A DNA stretch of 64,000 nt. Origin: Schmidtea polychroa (Eukaryota). The translations under genes were made by a program, and so were the position numbers. The stretch spans positions 50,160,001 to 50,224,000 of the forward strand of contig CM097885.1 of assembly GCA_044892525.1 (NCBI GenBank). Reading direction: 5' to 3'. This document shows, one piece after another, positions 35,794 to 64,000 of the stretch (position 1 is its first letter; every line of letters begins with the position of its first letter). The notes beneath the pieces were generated by a model. That model saw only the letters and a program-made list of their open reading frames with translations. It did not search any database and was not told the origin of the DNA.

Positions 35794-36769
35794 ATGAGTG
35801 ATTCAGAAAAAATAAAACTACAAATTTGCAATGTTTGTGCTGTTGTAAGTCTTCGATGTCATTTAGATTTGGTGAAAATTGCCCAGAATTCCATCGACAC
35901 TTATTACAACAGCTATGAAAATGTAAATTTTTGTAAATATTATCGAAATATAATTTGGAATTTTTATTTTATCAGCTTCTAAGAACAGAGTTAAGAAATC
36001 CGAAAATCACCAGGGCTCAGATTTGGAGCAGTGGAAAAATGACAATTCTTGGTGGTAACAGGTAGTTAGTTGTGTTAGAATTCGACATTGTATGATTTAT
36101 TTTTGTTGGTTATATAAGTATTGAAAATACAAAAAAAGGAGCAAGGATACTTGCAGCACGTTTGAAAAAAATCGAAAGTGGAGTGAGGTTTTGTGATTTT
36201 AAGATTGTCAACATTTTAACGTCATTTAAATTGAACTATGAAATTAATCTTCAAGAAATTTACAAATCCGATATGGTGCGATTCGTGTAAGTATTTTTTA
36301 TAGATTTAACTAATTATCCTTTAATGTCAAGCTATGAACCTGAATTAGATCAGTTCCTATATTATTATCCAAATCCAAAAGCCAGAGGATTGAAATATAA
36401 TGTCTATAGAACAATGGCTAAGTGTACCAAAAGTGGTAAAGTAGTAGTTCATTGTAAGTAATTTTAAACAAATATTTTTCTTAATTATGTTTATCAGCTT
36501 TAACAATTCCCGAAGCAGAAGAAGTAGCCGCAAAAATCACGAGCATCGTACAAAACTTCAAAATTATCAAATATAATTCATCAGTAAAACAGAAAAAAGT
36601 CATTATTAAAACATTTTGCACTGAAACCAATGAAACAAAAATTTTGGAACTAGAACCTCGTGTAGATCCTAATAACAATAATAATTCAATCTCAATTCCA
36701 AATATTGCACAATTAACTTCAGAAGAAACTGAAAGCATTTTAGACAATTTATTAGATGATATGCTTTAA
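35794..36769 (+). CDS. TBPL1: TBP-like 1/TRF2 homologue; exons 35794-35922, 35976-36061, 36119-36286, 36332-36453, 36498-36769
   Basis: Spliced translation ICNVCAVVSLRCHLDLVKIA..LRNPKITRAQIWSSGK..KKGARILAARLKK..FCDFKIVNIL..YEPEL matches TBPL1 signatures (RCHL, IWSSGK, GAR). All four introns are GT-AG and preserve frame. Confidence 0.88.
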
Positions 36770-38217
36770 AATAATTTTGATGTGTATTTAGTATTTTTTC
36801 AAATAAATTAAATGTGTAATATTTACGTTTTCCATTTATTAGATTGATTAAAATTTTTTATGCATTAGTAAATTAATTATCACACTTGAAATTTTATAGT
36901 TTACACTTTTATTGCAAACGAGAATGGCTTTATTTAAAAATAAAATACCGGATAAGTAGGCAATTGAGACAATGAATTTAAATTTAATCAAGAAGCTAAT
37001 TTTGCACGTTGAAAATGATACTATTGGCTGATATTTGTCTAGAGCCAGCTAAAATAGCCAATCAGGTTTACTGCGTTTCTAAATGTTCAAATTTTAATGA
37101 ATTTTTCAATAAATGTGGAATTCTATTTTAAGTATGTTATTAAAATTAATTATGTCAACATAATTGGCGTAGTAAAAGTTTGACAATATTTATCATAATT
37201 TTTAATTTCTGTTCAAAATTTGGTCTCTTTCATAAATAGCTAGACCTAAATTATACCCTTCGCGCTGTTTCTAGCATAACACAGAATACAATGGATTTAA
37301 TTCTTCAATGCCCGTTGATTATAAAACGTTGGTACTATATTGATTGAGTGAGTACTTGCAAACATTGAGCATGTCTGTGCACTATAATTGTTAAGCACTC
37401 ATGTGATTCAGAGGCGTAGCTATGATGTTTTGCGCCGGGGGGTGAACTAAAAAATTGGCAGCCTGCCCTCCCACCGTTTTATAAGGAAAACAACTTTAAT
37501 TTTAATGAAATATTGTATTTAAAGAAGCAAAATAAATGGTTTATATATTCTAGAAAAGATTTATTTTTATTGACTTCACAATCACAAACTGGTCAATCAC
37601 GTAATCAAAATCTGTTTTACATTGTTTCCCTTTTAACGCTGAGATCCGAGAGTAGTCATTTCGTTGCGAAGTTACTGTGATACTTTCGGTAGCTTTGTCT
37701 TTTCGTCAAATTTTAAGTAATCAACATCATGAAGCCTACATATCTCGATTGCTGTCAGAGATAATTGGAGAGGACCAAACGAAATATGCGGGAGAAGATA
37801 TTGAAATTGAAGTCAATATCAAGAAGGGCCATTATATTGTGGAATATAAAAGGAAATGCGGCTGGAGTTAAAACAGTAGTTGAAAAGTGAAAAGGAAGTT
37901 GAAGGAAACGAAAACAATCAGAATTTGTAACGATAAGAAAACAGAAATTGTAAAGAGAGAAAGAAAATAAAATTAAAGTGGAACTCAAAGTGAATTACAA
38001 AGTTACCGGAGATGTGATTTAAGAAATTAAAGTTATTGAATAAATTCGAATCAAAGCAAAAAAAATTATTGAAACCAGAAACAGTAATCAAGTGGTTTCG
38101 AATTTCAAGTTGTATTGTAAACTTGGATGTAACCACTCAATTTGTCATTGTAACAGATAACTTGTGAACCAGTAAATTGGTAATCAATAAAGTTTAAATT
38201 GCCTGGAGCTCACTTTG

Positions 38218-38372
38218 AAGTAGAGGTGAGAAGCTTGAACGTGAAGATCCTTACTTCCAAATATACAGTGAATAAGAACTGTTTTTCTGTACCAAATCTA
38301 GCCGCAATGATTTCGACAACGACTACTTAAGAAAAGACAAAATTGGAAAAAGCAGAGTGTAACCGAATGCGA
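38218..38372 (+). repeat. Dispersed repeat, second copy at ~51383-51558
   Basis: Near-identical AAGTAGAGGTGAGAAGCTTGAACG...AACCGAATGCGAC; the second copy has an extra ~20 nt. Confidence 0.85.
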
Positions 38373-38871
38373 CAGGCTCTGGAGTCAGATCGATGATAGA
38401 TAATATTTAAATTCATCGACAATCCCAAAACATGAGTCAATCATTCCGTTTGGCTCCTTCTCAACCGTCGTGCTCCGTCTGTGTTTGACCGTCATCCTGT
38501 AATATAATTATTAAACAATATATTTACGAGCTTATTCCTGCTAATCTCAACATTCAACAAATCGTTTCAATTAATTAAAATCCGCGACGATATATCAACG
38601 CCAGTGGTATTAGGATGATGAATCGCTGCTGAGTCTATAATTAGTGGTGCGGCTAAAATATTCCTTGTAATTAACTGATTCCATCATTGGGTTATTTAAT
38701 ATTTTGGAAATTTATATATATTGTAAATAATGATTTCAAACCGTTAGTTACGTAATCAAGAGGATGTAACTACAATGTAGGGCAATCAGCAACCAACACG
38801 TACACTTATACAATGGCGATCAAAAGTTTTTGCTAGTGATATATAAAATCAGATATTCATTAATATATATT

Positions 38872-39934
38872 TGTTGAGGTCTGTAAATTAAAATTAAAAT
38901 TAAAATGAAATTTAGGATAATAATTCAAATAGAAAGTAAGCGAAGAAAAAAGACAAATAAAAGCGGTATCGCGCACAGAATCAATAGTAAAGGAAAGTGT
39001 GAGGGAAACAGTATTAGAAAATGCCAAAAGCAATTACGAAAGGCAAGAATCCGGAAATCCGAGAAAAATCAATAAATGGAAAAATCATCGAAATCGAATG
39101 GGAAAAACGGGACAGGTATAGATTAGCTAATGGTCAACAAGATGATGATTAGGGATTTATCAGAAAATGGTTAGGAAGGGTCGAAAAACATTCAAATGTA
39201 TGAAAACAGAAAACGTTAATTAATTAATTAATTGGATAATGGAAAACTCGAGCTAATGGGAAACCCGAGCCAATGAAGAACCCGAGAGATAAAGGAAACC
39301 CGAGCTGGGTAAACAAGAAGAAAAGCAAACAGAAGGAAGATTTGGGCCCATTAGTTTGACACAATGATTAATGGGAAAAGAGCAAGGAGAAGATAGCGCG
39401 CGTAGGAAGACCGGAAGGGCCATTAATTATCTGGATTCGTTGGACCATTATGGGTGACAGCCGAAGCAAATACGTGGGAGCAAATGTCAAATGAAAGATT
39501 GGCTCGGCAATAACCATTTGTCATCCTGATTTCGAGGAGTATATAAGGAAAGGGAAAATCAGAGAAAATCGGCATTTTGCCTCAGCTAAGGTTCGAAGAA
39601 ACAGAGCTTAGGAAAAGACGGAAATGAATTAGGGAAAGTAGGGAAAAGAAGAAATAGAATTAGGAATACGGAAAGGTGAAAAAAGAATCAAATCAAACAG
39701 AAACCGAGGAAAACGTGGGTCAAGAGAATCTAAAGGAATAAAAGGTGAATATTATTTGTTTGCAAAGCATCAACGCCGAGCGGAGAATCGTATAAAACTT
39801 TGATTAGTAATTGTAAAGTGGTGATAATAAATTGTGAACCTGTTGTTTCAATATACGTTGGGTCGTTCATTGTTTTGATTTAAAGAACACTAGGAGTCAG
39901 AGGGAACCGACTTAAAGTAATCTAAAACCCAACA
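38872..39934 (+). mobile_element. Solo LTR
   Basis: TGTTG...CAACA with 4-bp TSD TATT; internal TATA and AATAAA. Confidence 0.85.
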
Positions 39935-40059
39935 TATTTATGTATGTTTTGTACGAAGACCAATTTTCTCAAGAATGTTACATGTTGATAATGTAATGTA
40001 AAAGTAAAGAAATATTTTTAAAAATTGCATTTTTTTGAATTTATTAAAGCATTGACATT

Positions 40060-40720
40060 ATGACAGCTATAGCTTCACGGCAATTATCAGCTAAAACTGT
40101 CACGCGCTGTGTAGACTCGATGGCTTCTGATACATTTATTCAGTAAAAAACCGATCTAAATACGTTTTCTTATTTTTCGATGCAACTTAATGAAAGTTTA
40201 GATGTCGTTGATAAAGCTCAGTTGGCTATTTTTGTGCGTATGGTGTTTAACACTTTCGACGTGAGAGAAGAACTTTTAAAAATATTAACCCTTGAAGGAC
40301 ATTCATGTGGCCAAGATATTTATCACATCGTTAAGGATTTGATAGATGAAAGTAATATATCTTTGATTAATTGGTAGGTATCACTACCGATGGAGCTCCA
40401 TCATTAACTGGTATGCATAAAGGTTTTATTGCATTATGTAAAAAAGATAAAAAATATCCTGAATTCATAAGTTATCACTGTATAATACATCAGCAAGCCC
40501 TTTGTGCTAAATTTTTGAACATGAATTCTGTTATGAAACTTGTAGTCAAAATTAGTAATTCTATAAGAGGAAAATCACTGCAAAGACTTTATTTAAAGAA
40601 CTAACCGGCGAGCTCGATTGTCGATATGGTGATCTGTTATTACATACAGAAGTTCGTTGGCTAAGTAAGGGAAATATTTTAAAGCATTTTAGAGAATTGT
40701 TACCACAAATAAGTTTATTT
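40060..40720 (+). pseudogene. hAT transposase fragment (GTF2IRD2/SPIN-like)
   Basis: AQLAIFVR, ITTDGAPS, HCIIHQQALCAK, HTEVRWLSKG. Confidence 0.85.
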
Positions 40721-40914
40721 TAATTTTCTCAAACATTTTTTCTGCGATGTTTTTTATAATAAATTGAAAATAATAATATTTTAACAATATGTTAATCACT
40801 TTTTAATTTTAAAATGAAAAAGTCTCTTAAATATTTGCATGTATTTTTTATTATGCGAGCTGTGTTTGTACACCAAACACCACTGAGATACAATTTCTAT
40901 AGTTGTGGTTAGTG

Positions 40915-41047
40915 CAGTTTTTCTCAACCGATGGTCCGCGACAAAATAAAATTGGTCCGCGTAAGCGTATTACAAATATAATTTGGTCCGCGTACAAAGA
41001 ATAGATAGATTTTTGGTCTGCAGAACGTTTTAGGTTGATTAAAACTG
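40915..41047. mobile_element. 133-bp hAT MITE
   Basis: CAGTTTT..TCAACC TIRs; TSD GGTTAGTG/GGTTAATG. Confidence 0.7.
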
Positions 41048-41629
41048 GGTTAATGTATGCGCAGGAACCCCTTTACACCTATGCTTGTATCAATGAATGT
41101 TCAAGTGTATTATAAATGTTATCATTTAAATCATTCTTTTTTCTAATTTCGAAAGTCGCGTGAAAATGTGTGATATTTGATCACTTTAAACTATTCAGGA
41201 TAGAGGTATAACGAAAGCCGAGAGAGCGTTGAGACATGGAGTCGGAATTATCGTCGATAGACCAGAAAACGCGACTTTACCCCCTCTGTTCCCAAAGAAA
41301 GCTTACGTTCTTTTAATTATTGTTATTTAGTGGTACAACTGGTTGAAAGCACAAGGGAAGACAATGAAGCTGCTATGCAACTAGTAGAGACATTTCGTGC
41401 TATGTTCGAGTAACTCAAGGGAAAGACATGAGAGCTAGAAGGTAAGTGATTCCCCAAGCAAACAAAAGCTACTCAGGATCAAATGCAGATCCGCGCATTG
41501 AAAACCAGGATCCGCAGTCGGAAACTCAGTCGAAGCAGGTCACTGTGGACAAATTGTTCATTCTTGCTGATTATTCAACCTGAATCATCCTTGATTTTAT
41601 AATTTTCAATGGAAAAAATTTCTATATAA

Positions 41630-43100
41630 CTCATCATGATTTTTGAATAAAGGACATATCCTTTATGTTGATAATTGGTACACAAGTCCAAAACTTTTCA
41701 ATTTGCTATTCAAAATATAAAACTGGAGCATAGTGTTAGGGTTAGCGCAAAAACCAAAAATTTATATATAAAACGAAAGCATAACAAAAATGGGTAAAAG
41801 CAATAAAAGTGGAAAATTAATTAAAATTTACTAAAAATCAAAAATCAATATTAAACGGGAGTATCGAGTATGTTTGAACGCCAAATCGATAGACGAATTC
41901 AGAAATTATAATAAAAATTTAATAAGGTGTTCACAAGGAAAGTTAATGCGAAAAAACAAATTAATTAAAATTAATTAATCGGTAATGAAAAACCCGAGCC
42001 AATGGGAAGCCCGAGCACATGGGAAACCCGAGCGCCATAAGAAACCACATTCGCAGTGAGAATCGAGAAGTGAGATGAAAAGAGGAATATTTTGAGCTCT
42101 AATCAAGGGTAAACAAATTAGAAACCCAAAAATATTGATTTAGGATAATTTAGCACAATATTCTAGATAATTGGCCTCTTATGAAAAGTATAAAAAGAGA
42201 GCTCAGAAGTGAACAAGCGGCCATTTGGTCGAAAATAAAAAAAGAAAACAAAGAAGCACAATCCAGCGATCAATAATTTGAAGGATAAATATATTGAGAC
42301 TCGAACTAGAAAAGGTGATTACCCCTTGGGTTTTTTACCTTTTTGAGTGAAAAGTATCGAGAGAGAAAGGTCCAAATAGTGACAAATTGTAATTGTGATA
42401 AAGATTTAATAAAAAGTATTGTGTGTTGGGTTTGAGTTATTTGGCTGAGTAAGAACACGAGGAGTCAGAGAGAGAACCGACTTTCAAATAAAAACCCAAC
42501 AATAGTAAGGGTTATCCCAAAATGACTAGAAAGCTAAAAATAGGTGAAGTTGAAACAGCTGCGAATGGAAATTAACTTGCCTTGAAATGGAAGGATAAAA
42601 AGGATGTATTGATGCTGATCTCAATCCATTCAAATGTTGGGGTTGGGCTCGTTCGGAGAGCAATTTCATTAGTCGTATAGATGCTAGGATGATAGTTAAT
42701 AACAATAATAGGTAGATAATAAACTGTTAAAAATAGAATAGATATAATAATAGTATTAGTTTATTACTTAAAATAAATTATAAATAAAAATAGTACATTT
42801 AAATTAATATATTTAGATAATATACTTATTTTAGTACATAAAATAAATAAATAAATAGAAAATAGTATTTAAGAAAAGGTAGAAATTAGTAAATTCATAA
42901 AAGCAATTTTGAACAAGCAATATTAGCTTAGTCAAACCAGCGGAATTTATTAACCATGTGAGGCGTTCAAGTGGTTCAAGACAAAAAAAATGTTTTGTTT
43001 GTTCGAAAGCAGGAAATGAGATCAAAATTCTTAATAAATGTGAATAATGTGATGTTGGTTTGTGCATTCCCGCTTGTTTCAAATCATATCACACAAATCT
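41630..43100 (+). pseudogene. piggyBac transposase remnant interrupted by a solo LTR
   Basis: KGHILYVDNWYTSP, KWKDKKDVLML and the C-terminal Cys-rich CFVC..CDVGLC..CFKSYHT. Confidence 0.8.
41734..42501 (+). mobile_element. Solo LTR related to 38872-39934
   Basis: TGTT...CAACA with TSD ATAG. Shares GGGAAACCCGAGC repeats and AGGAGTCAGAG..GAACCGACTT. Confidence 0.85.
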
Positions 43101-43810
43101 TACTAACATTATATCAATCATATTCAACCAAAATATTCAACTAGTTATTAATTTTTATAAAACTTTTTGAAAATAATTTTGTTCTAACTCAAAGGGTTTA
43201 TCAAATTTTTCAAATGGTTATCATGAATGATTGGAATGGAAAAAAAATTCAGAACTCAAATTTTATTAAATACATTTATCACAAATATAAACACGACACT
43301 ATTTGAAAACGCAAATTAAACATCACTTATACAATTTATTTCATCATAACATAGAAACAGAAAAACAATATAAATTTAAAATTGTAAGATGTTTTCAGCT
43401 GACAATTAAATATGTTGTAAAAGTAGTTTAAAATAAATAAAAATAGTAAAAAATTTAATTTTTAAAATCAGAAATGAATTTTTATTATTTAATACTTGTA
43501 AAATATTAAAATCTTAGAATTTTGAAATATTTCAATATGTAATTTTGCAGTAAATTAAAAATTATATTTTATTGATTTAATGGGTTGTAATAGTTTATTT
43601 AAAAATTAAACATTATTGTGTTATTAATATATTTTGGATTATGTCTTCGACTTCAAGTTTATCAAATGAAAGAAATTATTAAAAACATCAACCACGTTTA
43701 ACATAATTTATAAATTTTTTTTAATATCAATTAAAAACACTATTAAATTTAATAATTTTTTATATTATTACATAACATCATTTTACTCATAAGTTTCATA
43801 TACAATGCGA

Positions 43811-44580
43811 CGGAGCGGGACTATTCAGTCCCGCCGTTTCAGTCCTGGTCAAATTAGTCCCGACTGTTTCAGTACTGACCGTTTAAGTCCTAAGGCCTAA
43901 TTTTGGATGAAACATTGTGACGAAAAGAAAACGAAAACACGCTTAGACAAATGTAAACAAAAACATTAGTATTAGTAAATATTAGGAATTATTAATGGTT
44001 GGATTTGCTGGAGCCATGGCCAATCGATTTCTGATCCTTTGAATAACCTTCCTGTTTGTATTTTTATTTGGCATCTGACCCATCGTTGCTAAATCGATGC
44101 CCTGGATGACATGGTTTATGATTTGTGCAGGTTGTTCCACTGTTTCGAGCAGCATTTTTTCCGTGACTGTGACTCCCACTTCTATTGACTATGGCATCGT
44201 TAAGATCAGTGTGAATCCGGGCTTTGCATTGTCCCTGATTATCGCATCTCCAGCACTTCTTTTCTCCGTTTGCGCTCATTTTGTGAAGTTGAAAAGATGC
44301 CCATCATCTGCCAACTTCTTACGTCCTCGTTGAGACTTCAAATCATCAGTCATGACGGTTAGTTTAGTTAAAATTTAACGTTTTGCGAATTAATAAATTA
44401 ATAAAAATATTAATAATTCCTAATATTTACTAATACTAATGTTTTTGTTTACATTTGTCTAAGCGTGTTTTCGTTTTCTTTTCGTCACAATGTTTCATCC
44501 AAAATTAGGCCTTAGGACTTAAACGGTCAGTACTGAAACAGTCGGGACTGATTTGACCAGGACTGAATAGTCACGGACCG
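43811..44580 (-). mobile_element. Internally deleted MULE with a FLYWCH-type fragment
   Basis: ~180-bp TIRs; 9-bp TSD ACAATGCGA/ACAACGCAA; WRC..CKARIHT..HSH. Confidence 0.85.
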
Positions 44581-45206
44581 ACAACGCAAACGCATCATTC
44601 TTTGTATAAACATTACTCTTTAATCCCTTATTGTGCTCATTAAAATTAATCGATTTCCTCAGTCAACAGTGATCAATTATTTGAGAACATAGATGACCGA
44701 TAATCATACCTTTGCATGTGGCATTGCACCTAAGATATTTAAATTCATAACCGATATCCGAACACGATCTAAGTATGATTTGAAATCCACTAATAAACAC
44801 AAAGTACAATAACACGATTCAGAGACAATTTCAAAATATAGAATCCGCAACCGCTTTCTCAACATATTTGCAAAATCCATGCGCCACTCCAACAATACAA
44901 CCCAAAACACTGAATTGTGCTCACCAATATCAATCAATTCCTTCAGTCGATAGTGATAAATAACTCGGGAGTAATTGATAAAAGAGAATTTTGTGTATGA
45001 AACTGCGCTAAATAATGATTTAGATATTATTGAATTCCGATTATTAAATAGTGAACACGTGGAATCAGATAAAAAATTCTATTTTTACCCAAATATATTA
45101 ATAAACACAACAATTTAAAAATTAATAAATAAAGAATAAAAACAGAAAAAACTCTAAATTTATTAAAAGCCGAAATTAAAGTGAAAAATATGATTAGATA
45201 AAAAAA

Positions 45207-60135
<14,929 letters not shown>

Positions 60136-60679
60136 CGAAGTATCTAATGGAAATGAAATATTTACAATTGAAGAATTTTTGTAAAAGATTTTAACATTAA
60201 AATGAAATAAAAAATAATAATAACATTATTGTTACAATTTTAATTAAGAAATTAAATTAAAAATTATTTTTAAATTTCAATTAAGTCAAATGATCAGGAA
60301 AGTTTTTTAAATATTTAAACAAAATCGTGAAGCATAAATACAATGACTTATTGAAATTATTTAAAACCATAGTAATATTTTGAATTAATAATCTAATTGA
60401 TAATTTGAGTCTAGGTTCACGACAACCTGTAAAACATATATGGTTAAGATAATATAAAATATTCTTGTAAATATGAAAATTTGGGTTTAAATGATACGGC
60501 TGATCTCAAACTGTGTAACTGACTAAAGATTTGTATTTTTTGTTAAGATTGTACTTCTCAAATTCAATATTTAATGGGTTATATATTGGTAAGAACGATT
60601 TCGTTATCTAACACATTTGTCTTTCCCGAATCGTGTTTCGAGAAAACTTGATCATATTTTCTTAATAACATATTGACAT

Positions 60680-64000
<3,321 letters not shown>

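Overview
AT-rich eukaryotic genomic DNA with short introns and many (AAT)n/(AT)n tracts. A planarian-like flatworm host is my inference, not something the sequence proves. Three spliced host genes can be rebuilt by hand: the first two exons of 6-phosphogluconate dehydrogenase, a complete but divergent TBPL1/TRF2, and a complete 9-exon type II PI 4-kinase. They sit among nested and decayed transposons: Gypsy, Penelope, hAT, MULE, piggyBac, pogo, Helitron, solo LTRs and MITEs. The main object is the right-hand ~10.6 kb of an endogenous Polinton/Maverick (adintovirus-like) virus at 1-10581. Its minus-strand array encodes a packaging ATPase, two core-like proteins, an integrase, minor and major capsid proteins and an adenain protease. 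Its accessory arm encodes a minimal TBP-like protein, a spliced tail-anchored Bcl-2 homologue, an acidic protein with a DSGxxxS degron-like motif, a possible ssDNA-binding protein and a secreted coiled-coil protein. At least five of its genes appear to carry short GT-AG introns, two filled with (AAT)n. Its terminus is packed with AP-1, CRE and nuclear-receptor motifs. A 1.86-kb fold-back element with the same AGTAG...CTACT termini and motif vocabulary at 61884-63744 looks like a non-autonomous mini-Polinton. A 5-kb insertion carries an uncharacterised GC-rich coiled-coil gene with two more divergent relatives in the window. All protein family calls come from motif recognition by eye; no database searches were run.
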